Positions 19,863 to 30,758 are shown, counted from the stretch's first letter. The stretch: DNA of 64,000 nucleotides from Acidobacteriota bacterium (GCA_965205505.1 CBDBHB010000009.1:1664001-1728000); one strand, 5' to 3'. Notes: generated by a model not told the origin, from the sequence alone. Translations and numbers: made by a program.

Positions 19863-19997
19863 TCAAAGTAGCGGGGTGAGCGCACCATCGACTGCTTGCT
19901 CGTGCGGCACCCACCCGAGCGCCAGCATCTTGACCTCGATGTCGGCCTTGCGCGGCTTCTCCGCGATCCTGTGGCCGCTCGACACAGCTGTTGGCAT
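19863..19997 (-). pseudogene. Short ORF, possibly the orphan 3' end of a deleted gene
   Basis: 44 codons containing KPRKADIEVKMLALGWVP with coding-like codon use. Confidence 0.3.
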
Positions 19998-20150
19998 ACA
20001 GGTTTCTGTGGATGCCTCAAGGATATCGCTCGGTTGCGGTGCGGCGACTACCCTTGCACAGGATATTGTCGGCTCGTGCCCGTCTCACCCACCGAGGCAG
20101 CAGTTGGCTCGGTAGGCAATCTCAGCGCGACTTAGCGGGGAGGAGCCAGC

Positions 20151-20576
20151 TTGAGCGCCGGATATTCGGGAACACCGCTGGTGAAGAAGCTCGGGATCAA
20201 GGCCGGGATGAAGGTCGCCTTCGTCGCCGCCCCGAGCCACTATCCGGAGCTCCTCGGATCGCTACCGAATGATCTGTGCGTGCTGCAACGCCTGGGGCGG
20301 GGGATGGACTTCGTGCACTTCTTTACCGCCAGCTACGCAGAGCTCCAGCGACGCTTCCCGACTCTGAAGCGAGCACTGGCGAGCGACGGCACACTTTGGA
20401 TCTCTTGGCCGAAGAAGGCGTCGAAGCTACCGAAAGACCTGGTCGAGGCGGACGTCCGCAGCACCGGTCTCGACGGCGGGCTGGTCGATGTGAAGGTCTG
20501 CGCAGTCGATGCAGATTGGTCCGGCCTGAAGTTCGTCTATCGGTTGAAGGATCGGCCAGCGGTGGAGCGGCGCTGA
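20151..20576 (+). CDS. DUF3052-like protein
   Basis: AGYSGTPLVKKLGIK...WISWPKKAS...GLVDVKVCAVDADWSGLKF. Confidence 0.85.
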   Translation: MSAGYSGTPLVKKLGIKAGMKVAFVAAPSHYPELLGSLPNDLCVLQRLGRGMDFVHFFTASYAELQRRFPTLKRALASDGTLWISWPKKASKLPKDLVEADVRSTGLDGGLVDVKVCAVDADWSGLKFVYRLKDRPAVERR

Positions 20577-22099
20577 TGTCCGGACCGGCGGTCCGAATGG
20601 CGATCGGCGCGCTGCTGCTGGCAGCGTCCACCGTGCTGCTTGTCAACGCCAGCTCGGGCCTCATTACCCGTGAGTCCACCCGTGCCGGTCATCCGATGCG
20701 CTACATGGTCACCGACCCGCTGTATCGGCTGGAGCGCCATCGCCTCAGCCACGCCGGAGAGGCGATAGACCACGAGGAGGAGCTGTCAGCGGCGCGCGTT
20801 CCAGGCGTCATTATTGCGCATGGCTTCGCAGCGTCAGAGCGCTTGATGCTCGCTCATGCTCATGTGCTTGCGCTCGCCGGTTACGCCGTCGTGCTGACGG
20901 ATTTCGTTGGCCACGGACGCAATGCGTTGCCCTTCGATCGCGAGGTGCTCCAGGACGGCATCGATCATGCGTACGAGGTGCTCATCGCCCAACCGGAAGT
21001 GGATGCGCAGCGCGTCGCATTGGTGGGGCATTCGATGGGCAGTGCCGCGGTCATGGCCGCCGCCCGCCGGAATCCGGAGCGCTATCGAGCCACGGTAGCC
21101 GTATCGCCGGCGCCGGCCGAAGTCACCAGCTCGACGCCGCGTAACTTGCTGCTTCAAGCGGGTACTTGGGAGGCGCGCTCCCTCCGCGGCGCGGAGTTCT
21201 TACTGCAGCGCGCCGGCGGCCCTAGCGACGACTTCAGCAGCGGTCGGGCACGCGCCCTGATGCCGATCGCTGGTGCTGAGCACCTCTCGATTCTCTTCCG
21301 GCGCAGCAGTCACCAGGGGGTGGTAGAATGGCTCGATCGGGCGCTCGAATTCGCTCCGACGGAACGCATCGAGTACAGCGACCGCCGTATCGTCTGGTGG
21401 CTAGCTCACGTGGTGGGCTGGATGTTCATCGTTGCGTCGCTGGCGCGCGTGTGTCCGCGCGACGCGGACCGCGAACAGCGCCTCGTACGCCGGCCCATGC
21501 AGTGGGTGGGGCTCGCCGCCGCGCCCGTGCTCGCCAGCCTGCTCGTCGCCGGGCTGGGGCGTTTGATCGACGTCGGCAATCTTGGCGGGGTGATGGTTGG
21601 CGGTGGCGTTGCATTCTGGCTCCTGATCGCCGGCACGCTGGCGCTGGTGGTGGGGTTCCGTGTCGGCCCGCCAGCTGGTAGCGACGTCCTGTGGGGCGTC
21701 GGCCTGTTCGTCTTTCTCTGGTTTGCCGTTGGGCTGACCTCTGACTACGTCTGGCTCAACTGGCGGATGGTGCCGCCGCGGCTCGTGCGATTTCCCCTCT
21801 TCGCGCTGGCGTGCATTCCGTGGTTCACCGCCACCGAGCTCGTGCAAGGTGATCCGCGCAACCGCAGCCGCTGGCCCGCATACCTGGTGCAGATCGCTGC
21901 GTTGATCGTCGGGCTGTTGCTGGTTGCCGCCTGGGTGCCGACCATGCGGGTGGTAACCGTGATGTTGCCGGTCCTGCCGCTCTATATTGGCTGCCTCGTT
22001 TTCGTCGGCAGTCGCATCAACCGGCCCTGGGGCTATGGCATCGGTGCCGGGATGTTCTTTGGCTGGTTGCTGGCCTCGGCGTTCCCGCTGGTTGCCTAG
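20576..22099 (+). CDS. Alpha/beta hydrolase with C-terminal multi-pass membrane domain
   Basis: AHGFA, GHSMG nucleophile elbow, EHL histidine, several TM helices. Confidence 0.85.
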   Translation: MSGPAVRMAIGALLLAASTVLLVNASSGLITRESTRAGHPMRYMVTDPLYRLERHRLSHAGEAIDHEEELSAARVPGVIIAHGFAASERLMLAHAHVLALAGYAVVLTDFVGHGRNALPFDREVLQDGIDHAYEVLIAQPEVDAQRVALVGHSMGSAAVMAAARRNPERYRATVAVSPAPAEVTSSTPRNLLLQAGTWEARSLRGAEFLLQRAGGPSDDFSSGRARALMPIAGAEHLSILFRRSSHQGVVEWLDRALEFAPTERIEYSDRRIVWWLAHVVGWMFIVASLARVCPRDADREQRLVRRPMQWVGLAAAPVLASLLVAGLGRLIDVGNLGGVMVGGGVAFWLLIAGTLALVVGFRVGPPAGSDVLWGVGLFVFLWFAVGLTSDYVWLNWRMVPPRLVRFPLFALACIPWFTATELVQGDPRNRSRWPAYLVQIAALIVGLLLVAAWVPTMRVVTVMLPVLPLYIGCLVFVGSRINRPWGYGIGAGMFFGWLLASAFPLVA

Positions 22100-22161
22100 T
22101 GTCCTGCAACAGAGGTTCGTCGTGTGGCGGCGCGGCCTGCTAGCTCCTTGGCGGACCGGCC

Positions 22162-22824
22162 TCAGGCAGGCTCTGGACTCGGCAGTGTCGGGGCGAGACC
22201 GCGGCCGAGGACCTGCTGCAGGTGGCGGACGTACTCGCGAACCTCCGCCACGCTAACCGGAAGTCGACCCTGTTCGAGCCGAGCTCGGATGGGCATGAAG
22301 GCGAAGAAAAACACCAGGCTGCCCAGCAAGCTGATGTGCGTCAGGTAGGGGTTGACGGCTGAGAATGTGCCCTCTGCGATGCCCTGATCGATGATGTCCT
22401 GGACCAGGCTGAAAATGGCGAGGAGCTTGGGCAGCAGATCCTTCTCAATGTGCAAGCCACCAGACATCACCTCGCGCAGGACCATCGCCGGCAGCGCCGG
22501 ACGCAGCAATGACAGATCGGCGAATGTCTGGATGAAGGCGCGCAACCGTTCGTCGGCTGGGGCGTCGGACTCGCGAATCGCTGCGAAGCGTCGATGCGCA
22601 TCGGCGAAGGTCTCGCGCAGGATCTCGTTGTACAGCGCACCCTTGCCGCCAAAGTGGTAGCTGATCATTGCCTTGTTAACGCCGGCAGTCTCGGCGATTT
22701 GGTCGACGCGCGCACCCTCGAAACCGCGCTGAGCAAACAGGTCGGTGGCCGCGTTCATCAGCGCTTCGCGCGTCGCATCGGTGTTGCGTGCGCCCTTTCG
22801 ACGCAGGATCGGATCGTCAGCCAT
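22162..22824 (-). CDS. TetR-family regulator
   Basis: AATDLFAQRGFEG..VDQIAETAGVNKAMISYHFGGK. Confidence 0.92.
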   Translation of the reverse strand: MADDPILRRKGARNTDATREALMNAATDLFAQRGFEGARVDQIAETAGVNKAMISYHFGGKGALYNEILRETFADAHRRFAAIRESDAPADERLRAFIQTFADLSLLRPALPAMVLREVMSGGLHIEKDLLPKLLAIFSLVQDIIDQGIAEGTFSAVNPYLTHISLLGSLVFFFAFMPIRARLEQGRLPVSVAEVREYVRHLQQVLGRGLAPTLPSPEPA

Positions 22825-22860
22825 GGGGTGAAGGTACCACCATCGGTTCGGTCGTTGAGC

Positions 22861-22890
22861 TAACTAAACATTTATTTAATAATTAACCCA
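22861..22890. promoter_or_regulatory. AT-rich divergent promoter / candidate TetR operator
   Basis: TAAACATTTATTTA imperfect palindrome in a strongly AT-rich patch between tetR and the HMG-CoA lyase gene. Confidence 0.4.
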
Positions 22891-22954
22891 GGTGGAATGA
22901 AATCGGACGGCTCGCTCCGGGGCCGTCGCTACGAGGACAGTCACAGGCAGAACG

Positions 22955-23878
22955 ATGAGCATGCCGCGAAGCGTGACGGTGTACGAGGTGGGGCCGCGTG
23001 ACGGCTTCCAGAACGTTGCCCGCTTCATTCCCACTCGTACCAAGGTCGAGTTCATCGACGCCCTATCGGCCACCGGGCTGCCGGCCGTCGAGGCAACGAG
23101 CTTCGTGTCTCCGAAGTGGGTACCACAATTGGCTGACGCCGGCGAGGTGATGGCGCGGATCAAGCGGACTCGAGGTGTTCGCTTTCCGGTGTTGGTGCCG
23201 AACGCGTTCGGCCTCGAGCGTGCGCTGGCGGCGGGCGTTGAAGAGGTGGCGGTATTCACCGCCGCGTCGGAGACTTTTAATCGCCGCAACATCAACGCAT
23301 CCATCGCCGAATCCATCGAGCGCTTTCGCCCCATCGCAGAGCGTGTGCGCGAGCATGACGTTCGCTTGCGCGGCTATGTCTCGACGGCTTTCGGCTGCCC
23401 CTACCAGGGGGAGGTCGAGGCAGAGGCAGTCGTGCGACTGACCGCCGACCTCTTCCAGCTAGGATGCGCCGAGGTCTCGATCGGCGACACCATTGGCATC
23501 GCCGACCCCGGACAGGTTGGGCGTATGGTCGAGCTACTGGGGGCAGAGTTCGATCTGTCGACGATCGCGTTGCACTTGCACGACACCTACGGTCGTGGCC
23601 TGGCCAACGTCTTGACCGGGCTCGAGGCCGGAATAGCCGTCTTCGATGCCGCCGCCGGCGGTCTGGGCGGGTGCCCGTTCGCTGCGGGCGCCTCCGGGAA
23701 CCTCGCCACCGAGGACTTGGTGGCGATGCTGCATCGCCTTGGGATCGATACCGGTGTCGACCTTCAAGCGCTGGTGGAGGCTAGCTCTAGCCTGGCGGAA
23801 TCCACCGGGTTGGAGCTTCCATCCCGGGCGCTGGCTGCACTGCGTTCGCCGCGCCTACGGGTGCCCGTGCCGGCTTAG
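22955..23878 (+). CDS. liuE: Hydroxymethylglutaryl-CoA lyase
   Basis: EVGPRDG.QN, HLHDT, GGLGGCPFA.GASGNLATED. Confidence 0.92.
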   Translation: MSMPRSVTVYEVGPRDGFQNVARFIPTRTKVEFIDALSATGLPAVEATSFVSPKWVPQLADAGEVMARIKRTRGVRFPVLVPNAFGLERALAAGVEEVAVFTAASETFNRRNINASIAESIERFRPIAERVREHDVRLRGYVSTAFGCPYQGEVEAEAVVRLTADLFQLGCAEVSIGDTIGIADPGQVGRMVELLGAEFDLSTIALHLHDTYGRGLANVLTGLEAGIAVFDAAAGGLGGCPFAAGASGNLATEDLVAMLHRLGIDTGVDLQALVEASSSLAESTGLELPSRALAALRSPRLRVPVPA

Positions 23879-23922
23879 CCGTAACCCGCCATGCCCGCCA
23901 CACTTCCACCACGGCCCGCTAG
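23878..23922. repeat. Degenerate end of the CTAG MITE-like repeat
   Basis: GCCGTAACC...CCACACTTCCACCACGGCCCGCTAG. Confidence 0.65.
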
Positions 23923-23927
23923 GAGCA

Positions 23928-24725
23928 CTAGTGCTCCCGGCTCCAGGGTGGCTTCTCCTTGGCCAGGAACGCGGTCATGCCTTGCTTGCCGTCGTCGCTG
24001 GCGCGTGCCGCGCTGATCGCCTCGACGGTGAGGTCGGCGGCGGCCTCGACGTCGAGATGGGCGATGGCGGGTACCAGCCGCTTGATCCTCGCCTGTGCTT
24101 GCGGGCTACAGGCGAGCAGGTCGTCGATCACTCGATCGATCGCCACGTCGAGCTGCCCCGGCTCGACCACCTCATGAACCAGGCCCATCTCTAGCGCTCG
24201 CAGTGCGTTGAAGCGAGCACCCGTGAGGAACAGCGCCTGCGCTTGGCCCGCGGGGACCTTGCGCATCACGTACGCCGAGATCACGCCGGGGACGATGCCC
24301 AGGCGGGCCTCGGTGAATCCGAATTGCGCGGCGGTCGATGCGATCGCGATGTCGGCTGTCGCGACGAGGCCTGCTCCGCCGCCGAGCGCCGCCCCCTGTA
24401 CGCGTGCCACAACTGGCTTCGGGCAGGTGGCGATGACGCGGAACATGTTCTCCATGCGGCGGGCATCGGCGGTGCTTTCGGACTCCGAGTAGTCGGCTAT
24501 GCGGCGCATCATGTTGAGGTCGGCGCCGGCCGAGAAGTGCTTCCCGGTCGACCGGAGCACCACGACGCGCACAGCGTCGTCGTCGGCGACGGCGACGAAA
24601 ACTGCCGTAAGCTCGGCGATCAGCACCTCGTCGAAGGCGTCGTGGACCTGCGGTCGGTTGAGCACTACGGACAGCACCGCACCGGCGCGCTCCAGCCGCA
24701 GTGTAGTGGGCGATTCGTGGGTCAT
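23928..24725 (-). CDS. liuC: Enoyl-CoA hydratase, probably methylglutaconyl-CoA hydratase
   Basis: FSAGADL, ALGGGAGL, FTEARLGIVP; leucine-catabolism context. Confidence 0.85.
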   Translation of the reverse strand: MTHESPTTLRLERAGAVLSVVLNRPQVHDAFDEVLIAELTAVFVAVADDDAVRVVVLRSTGKHFSAGADLNMMRRIADYSESESTADARRMENMFRVIATCPKPVVARVQGAALGGGAGLVATADIAIASTAAQFGFTEARLGIVPGVISAYVMRKVPAGQAQALFLTGARFNALRALEMGLVHEVVEPGQLDVAIDRVIDDLLACSPQAQARIKRLVPAIAHLDVEAAADLTVEAISAARASDDGKQGMTAFLAKEKPPWSREH

Positions 24726-24754
24726 GACCTCGAGTCCACGGCCTGCTAGGGCCG

Positions 24755-26362
24755 CTACATTCGGAAGACGCCCATGCGCGGCTCCCGCATGGGCGCGTTG
24801 TAGGTGGCCGACAACGCCAGGCCCAGCACGTCACGGGTTTGAGCCGGGTCGATGATGCCGTCGTCCCACAAGCGCGCGGTGGCGTAGTAGGGGCTGCTCT
24901 CCTGTTCGTAGGTGTCCAGGATGGGCTGCTTGAACGCCCCTTCCTCAGCGTCCGACCAGTCGATCCCTTGGCGCGTCAGCTGGTCACGCTTGACCTGCGC
25001 GAGCACCATGGCGGCCAGCTCGCCGCCCATCACCGAGATCCTGGCGTTGGGCCAAGTGAACAGGAATCGCGGATCATAGGCGCGCCCGCACATGCCATAG
25101 TTTCCCGCGCCGAACGATCCGCCCACGATCACGGTCAGCTTTGGCACCGTGGCATTGGCCACCGCGTGCACCATCTTGGCGCCATCCTTGGCGATTCCCC
25201 CGGCCTCGTACCGGCCGCCGACCATGAAACCGGTGACGTTCTGCAAGAACACCAAAGGCACGCGGCGCAGGTCACACAACTCGATAAAGTGCGTCGCCTT
25301 CAAGGCGCTTTCGGAAAAGAGCACGCCGTTGTTCGCGATGATGCCTACCGGCAACCCGTGTAGTCGTGCGAACCCCGTGATCAGGGTAGTTCCGTACGCT
25401 GCCTTGAACTCGTGGAATCGGCTGCCGTCGGTGATTCGCGCGATGATCTCGCGAATGTCGTAAGGCTTGCGCAAGTCCGTTGGCACGACCGCGTAGAGCT
25501 CCTCCGGAGGGTAGAGCGGCTCCTCCGACTCCGTCCTCTCGGCGTCGATGTGCTTCACTAGGTTCAGGTTCTCGACGATGTTGCGCGCGATCCTCAACGC
25601 GTCCTCATCGTCATCGGCAAGATAGTCTGCGACGCCGCTTTGACGAGCATGGACATCGCCGCCCCCGAGGTCCTCGGCGCTTATCTCCTCGCCGGTCGCG
25701 GCCTTCACCAGCGGTGGGCCACCAAGGAAGATCGTGCCCTGTTTGCGGACGATCACGACCTCGTCGCTCATCGCCGGCACGTAGGCGCCACCGGCCGTAC
25801 AGCTACCCATCACGACAGCGATCTGCGGGATGCGCTCGGCGCTCATTCGCGCCTGGTTGTAGAAGATGCGACCGAAGTGCTCGCGATCCGGGAATATCTC
25901 GTCCTGCATTGGCAAGAAGGCGCCTCCGGAGTCGACGAGGTGAATGCAGGGGAGCCGGTTCTCGAGCGCGATTTGCTGGGCGCGCAGGTGCTTCTTCACG
26001 GTGAGCGGGAAGTAGGTGCCTCCCTTCACGGTGGCATCGTTGGCGATGATCATCACCTCGTGGCCGCAAACTCGCCCCACGGCGGTGACGATCCCGGCGC
26101 TCGGAGCTCGGCCGTCGTACATTCCGTCAGCCGCCAGCGGCGACAGCTCGAGCAGTGGGCTGGAGTCGTCGATGAGCCTGTCGATACGGTCGCGGACGAA
26201 GAGCTTCCCCTGGGCGGTCTGTCGCTCGCGGTACTTGCCGCCGCCACCCTCGCGCGCCGCGGCGGCCCGCTCTCTCAGCCCCTCGGCGAGCGCGCGATGG
26301 TGGGCCGCGTTGTGGCGCGCTGCGGTGCTTTCGGTTTCCAGGCTGGAGACAATTGTGTCCAT
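24755..26362 (-). CDS. liuB: Methylcrotonyl-CoA carboxylase beta (carboxyltransferase) subunit
   Basis: [55 protein letters not shown] end. Confidence 0.92.
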   Translation of the reverse strand: MDTIVSSLETESTAARHNAAHHRALAEGLRERAAAAREGGGGKYRERQTAQGKLFVRDRIDRLIDDSSPLLELSPLAADGMYDGRAPSAGIVTAVGRVCGHEVMIIANDATVKGGTYFPLTVKKHLRAQQIALENRLPCIHLVDSGGAFLPMQDEIFPDREHFGRIFYNQARMSAERIPQIAVVMGSCTAGGAYVPAMSDEVVIVRKQGTIFLGGPPLVKAATGEEISAEDLGGGDVHARQSGVADYLADDDEDALRIARNIVENLNLVKHIDAERTESEEPLYPPEELYAVVPTDLRKPYDIREIIARITDGSRFHEFKAAYGTTLITGFARLHGLPVGIIANNGVLFSESALKATHFIELCDLRRVPLVFLQNVTGFMVGGRYEAGGIAKDGAKMVHAVANATVPKLTVIVGGSFGAGNYGMCGRAYDPRFLFTWPNARISVMGGELAAMVLAQVKRDQLTRQGIDWSDAEEGAFKQPILDTYEQESSPYYATARLWDDGIIDPAQTRDVLGLALSATYNAPMREPRMGVFRM

Positions 26363-26439
26363 TGCCAGCGTTCCGGAGGTGGAGCTGAGACTTCCGGCGC
26401 ATCGAAGCGGTGTCGAGCGAATCCTACCGCAGTGCTCCG

Positions 26440-27089
26440 CTAGCTCAAGCGAACGTCGACCTCGCCGATGCCCAGGTCGATGCGGATCCGCGCCTCGCCA
26501 TGGCCCTTGTCCCACAGCAGCTCACGCGTGAACAGCCCGGCACTCTCGGATCGTCCCTCCGGCGTTACCAGCGACGACTCGCCGATTCCTGTGTCCATGC
26601 TCAGGAGACCAACATCCGCCTCGCGCATACGCAACGAAACCTCGCCGATGCTCATGTCGACGACGACGTTGCCCGCTAGAGCCCGTAGCCGAAGCTCGCC
26701 GATGCTCATGTCCACCGCGAGTCGAGGGGCGCCGGCAGCCGCACCTTCATGTTGATGTGCATCCCACGGTTGCGCCATTTGCTGAAGCCAGCGAACGACA
26801 GCTCCAGGCGGTCGCCGTCGCGGTTGGGTTCGAGCTCCACGTGTTGGGCACTCTCGCGGCACGACCGCGCTCGCCAGCCGTCGCACCCGATGTGCACCTC
26901 GACCTCGATGCGGTCGGTGTTCGTTCCCTCGATCTCGAGCTCGCCAATGGGAAAGTCGATGTACAGCTCGTCGAGGTTGGCGGCGCTGAAATTGCGCGCA
27001 TATTCTCGCGCCTGGCCGGAGGGTGTCGGCGCGGCCGTCGGTGTCGCGACAGCGGCGATCAAGAACAGCGATAGCAGGCTGGCCTGCAT
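26440..27089 (-). pseudogene. Secreted beta-strand-repeat (DUF4097/LiaG-like) protein, frameshifted near 26722
   Basis: Signal peptide; repeated VDMSIGE units; one base missing at GAC-(C)TC-GCG. Confidence 0.7.
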
Positions 27090-27104
27090 GGCAACTCCTG
27101 GGTC

Positions 27105-27383
27105 CTAGCAGACCGTGGTGAAAGAGTGGTGGGTCTGGTTACGGCGAGTTGGAGCCAGATGCAAGGCGGCCTGACACAGGCGATGCCCTAGCCATCGTCG
27201 TGGAAGGGCAACGCCGCAGATGGCCCCAACTCGCCGTAACCCTTCGGGCGACAGGGGGTTGCGCGCGTATGCTGCGTCGTTCCTCGTCAACGATGGGGTA
27301 ACCATCGCCTTCTCCTCTCTCCTTGCCTCCACTTCGCAAGACCCTGTCGCCAGACCCACCACACTTTCACCACGGCCTGCTAG
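27105..27383. mobile_element. Full-length 279-bp MITE/REP-like element with ~34-bp terminal inverted repeats bounded by CTAG
   Basis: CTAGCAGACCGTGGTGAAAGAGTGGTGGGTCTGG...CCAGACCCACCACACTTTCACCACGGCCTGCTAG; two internal hairpin domains; multiple partial copies in window. Confidence 0.85.
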
Positions 27384-27482
27384 AGCTCGGGCGTGCGTTC
27401 CTACTACAGAGTTACGCGCTGAGGCCCGAGGGGTTTCACCGCCGCTGGCGCTTCTGGCGGCTTTGTGACGCGATCTTGTCTG

Positions 27483-30176
27483 TCAGAAGCTCACCGAGTA
27501 CGCCATGCTCAGATTGATACCCATCGCATCGAATCCGGAGCCGTGCATGCGGTAGTTGGTATCGGTAAGGTTGCTGAGCGCGAACACCAGGGTCTGCCGA
27601 TCTGCCAGGGCGTACGTGCCCCGGACTCCGAGCGTCGCCCATCCAGGTGTAGAAGTGAAGAGCGGGCCACCGGCTCGGCTGGCGCCGAGGACGCGGTCGA
27701 TAACCTGATCGAGTGTCTCACCAGTGGCCAAGAGGACCCCGTCCGCCACAAGTCCAAGCCGCGGCCCCTGGTTGTTGAAGAAGTCGGCAATGTCGTCAGC
27801 ATCGCGAAACGCACCAATGCGCGAGTCTTCCAGGTCTCCGGGGTTCAGCCGCGTCTGCGGACGTGCCCCCCTCACCACGGCCTCGATCGACAAGCGTCCG
27901 GATGACGAGTGCCAACGCGCGACCCCGGTGACGTTGTCGGGTGCGATCCTACGCGCGAAAAAGCCCGTATCGAGCTCAGTCCCGCGCTGCAACGAGGCTT
28001 TTAACGTTGTAAGCCAGTGCAGGCCCCACGATTTCTGCGCCAGTAGCTCCAACCCCCATACTCGCAGACGCCCGATGTTGGCCCGAGAGACCACCGGATC
28101 CGGATCGGCGCCGACGAAGATCCGCCCTTCGGTGCCCTGCGCGACGATTGCTTCGCCGCCGATCGTTTGTCCGACCACCGGTTCATCGATGATCACGGTC
28201 CGGCGGGAGATGGCTTCAGAGAACTCGCTGCTGAAGCCGGTGAGCTCGATGCGAACATCGTTGTCGAACCACCGCAGGCCCGCCTCGTAGCTCCATAGCA
28301 CCTCGGGCATCAAGGGGTGCCACGAGCTCCCGGTACGCCTCGCGTCGCGGCCAGCCGAGTCACCGACCACGGCACCGAAGTCGACGGCTTCGGTGGGCGA
28401 GATCTCGAACCCCCCGCCGGTAAGACCGATCTCACCGAGGTCGAACACGGAAGGCGCGCGGAAGCCGCGCGCCACTCGGCCCCAAGCGCTCAGAGTGTCG
28501 CTGGCAGCGTAGTTGGCGCCCAGGTTGAAGGTAAGGTCATCGAACGTGGCCTGCGTGTCGGGCACCAGCGCTTCGCCGCCGATGATGTTGTCGACAGACC
28601 GCGCGCGGTAGCGAAATGCCGAGTATCGGGCGCCGCCCGAGAACAGCAGGCGGCCGCCGACAGCGGTCCACTCATCGAGAACGAAGAAGCCAAGCGAGCG
28701 GTAGGTGGCGCCGTTCGGGACTCGCGGGCGAACGGCGACGGAGATCCCATTGCTCGTTTGCGCTCTGGCGGCGTCGACGTCCTCATCATAGACCTCGACT
28801 CCGCCGCTAAGCAGATGGCTCGCGAACGTCTTGGAGCCGATGACCTCGATGCCGAGCGCGGTGTCCTGGTTGCGCTCGGTGCGCAAGCTGTCGGTCGGAC
28901 GGCGCTGGTCGCGTCGACCGTCGGTCTGCCGGTTGAGCGATAGCGTCACCTCCAGAAACTCGTTGGTGAAGAATCGCGAGTAGCGTAGGTAGCCGAAAGT
29001 GAGCTGTTGAGGATCGAATTCGGCGACCAGACGACCGTCGCCTCCCAGGAGTCGGTCGTAGCGACGTATGTCGTATTGCTCGGATCGCACCAGATAGCCG
29101 GAAAGGGTCCCGGTGGAGCTGGCTTGCAGGTTCACCTTGGCGGTGAGGCCGGCAGCCGAGTACCCCGTGTCACGATAGCGGCCACCAAAGACGTCGCGCA
29201 CCTGCTGGGGAGTGAAGCCGACGAACCGAGTGCTGGAGTGATGCGAATCGATGCCGCCGCCGCCGCGCACGTCGTTGTGCCGACTGGCGTTGGCTGTGAC
29301 GTAGGCTGCCCAATTGCGACTCGATGCACCCAGCGTTGCGCTAGCGCCCCCCCCGTTCGAGGCTGACTCTCCGAAAACGCGGAGGCTACCCGACCACCGC
29401 GTGTGCTCGGGCGTGAATCCGGCCACCGGCTTGCTGATGACATTGACCGCGCCACCCAGCGCGTCACTGCCGTAGTTGACGCCTGCCGGGCCGAGTAGAA
29501 CTTCCACCGAATCGACTGCGGCGTCGGGAATCCAGGCAAGATACTGGGTGTTTCCGGCGCGATAGGTGGCGTTATTGTAGCGCACGCCGTCGAGCAAGTA
29601 GAGAACCGCCTGGGCGCTCTGCCCGCGGAGGATCGGCGAACCCTGCCCCGGCGTGGTCTGCTGCGTCAGGATGCCGGGCTCCTCATCGAGCATCCGTGGC
29701 AGGAGGTCGACCGCCCGTGCCTTGAGGCGAGCTTCGTCGAGTGAGCGAACGGTGGCCGGAATCTTGGTTTCTTCCTGCAGCGTTCCTCGTGCTGCGGTGA
29801 CCGTAACCCGCTCCTCCACACCCGACGGCAGCATGGTCACCTCGACGACGAGCTCCGCCTGCCGCAAGTCGAGCACACGGTACACATCAGTGTAAGAGGT
29901 GCTGATGATCCGAAGCTCGTACGAGCCGCGACGAAGCCCGGCGAGTAACGCCGTCCCAGTCGCGTCCGATGGTGCCTCGCGTACGACCTGGCGCGCTGGT
30001 CCGAGGACCTGCACGAGCAACCCCTCGATCGGCGCTCCCTCGGTATCAAGGGTGAGCACGCGGATCAGCGACGACGGGGTCTGGGCCTCCTGCGCGAGAG
30101 CGAGGAGTGGCGCCGAGACGAGCAACAGCGTCGCCAAGGCCACAGTTCCCAGGGGCACGTTACGGGCTTGAGGCAT
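27483..30176 (-). CDS. TonB-dependent receptor with N-terminal carboxypeptidase-regulatory-like domain
   Basis: VTVTA TonB-box region, plug motifs (LLDGVR, VEVLLGP...YGSDALGGAVN), NLTDTNY, terminal Phe. Confidence 0.92.
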   Translation of the reverse strand: MPQARNVPLGTVALATLLLVSAPLLALAQEAQTPSSLIRVLTLDTEGAPIEGLLVQVLGPARQVVREAPSDATGTALLAGLRRGSYELRIISTSYTDVYRVLDLRQAELVVEVTMLPSGVEERVTVTAARGTLQEETKIPATVRSLDEARLKARAVDLLPRMLDEEPGILTQQTTPGQGSPILRGQSAQAVLYLLDGVRYNNATYRAGNTQYLAWIPDAAVDSVEVLLGPAGVNYGSDALGGAVNVISKPVAGFTPEHTRWSGSLRVFGESASNGGGASATLGASSRNWAAYVTANASRHNDVRGGGGIDSHHSSTRFVGFTPQQVRDVFGGRYRDTGYSAAGLTAKVNLQASSTGTLSGYLVRSEQYDIRRYDRLLGGDGRLVAEFDPQQLTFGYLRYSRFFTNEFLEVTLSLNRQTDGRRDQRRPTDSLRTERNQDTALGIEVIGSKTFASHLLSGGVEVYDEDVDAARAQTSNGISVAVRPRVPNGATYRSLGFFVLDEWTAVGGRLLFSGGARYSAFRYRARSVDNIIGGEALVPDTQATFDDLTFNLGANYAASDTLSAWGRVARGFRAPSVFDLGEIGLTGGGFEISPTEAVDFGAVVGDSAGRDARRTGSSWHPLMPEVLWSYEAGLRWFDNDVRIELTGFSSEFSEAISRRTVIIDEPVVGQTIGGEAIVAQGTEGRIFVGADPDPVVSRANIGRLRVWGLELLAQKSWGLHWLTTLKASLQRGTELDTGFFARRIAPDNVTGVARWHSSSGRLSIEAVVRGARPQTRLNPGDLEDSRIGAFRDADDIADFFNNQGPRLGLVADGVLLATGETLDQVIDRVLGASRAGGPLFTSTPGWATLGVRGTYALADRQTLVFALSNLTDTNYRMHGSGFDAMGINLSMAYSVSF

Positions 30177-30310
30177 GGTCTATTTCGAGTCTTTGTCGCG
30201 CCGCGGTGGGGGCGCGGAGCATGGATCAAGCACAGAATCACCGTAGCAAACTGAAGTGGACGCTGCGAGGCTGACGGCTCCCCGCTATGCTGGCGCAGCC
30301 CGAAAAACTA

Positions 30311-30338
30311 ACCCCGCACTTCCACCACGGCCTGCAAG
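30311..30338. repeat. Degenerate end of the CTAG MITE-like repeat
   Basis: CACTTCCACCACGGCCTGCAAG. Confidence 0.55.
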
Positions 30339-30358
30339 CCTGTGTCCGAGGAGTCGCA

Positions 30359-30748
30359 ATGGATCGCCAAAAGGTATCGACCGGCACGCCGTGGGAGCCG
30401 ATCGTCGGGTACTTACGTGCTGTACGCGCTGGCAACAGTGTGTATGTCTCGGGAACCACGGCCACCAATGCTAGCGGAGAGCTTGTGGGCATCGACGACG
30501 TCTACGCGCAAGCCGTGCAAACACTACGCAACGTGCAGGCGGCTTTGGAGGCCGCGGGTGCGACGTTGGCAGACGCGGTGCGCACGCGGATGTACGTTAC
30601 CGACATCGCGTATTGGCAGGAGGTGGGGCGAGCACACGGCGAGTTCTTCGGAGACGTCTTGCCGGCTACGAGCATGGTCGAGATCAGCGGGCTGATTGAC
30701 CCGCGCATGTTGGTGGAGATCGAAGCCGACGCGATCGTTGCTACTTGA
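30359..30748 (+). CDS. RidA/YjgF family protein
   Basis: [24 protein letters not shown]. Confidence 0.9.
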   Translation: MDRQKVSTGTPWEPIVGYLRAVRAGNSVYVSGTTATNASGELVGIDDVYAQAVQTLRNVQAALEAAGATLADAVRTRMYVTDIAYWQEVGRAHGEFFGDVLPATSMVEISGLIDPRMLVEIEADAIVAT

Positions 30749-30758
30749 GGAGGTGCAT

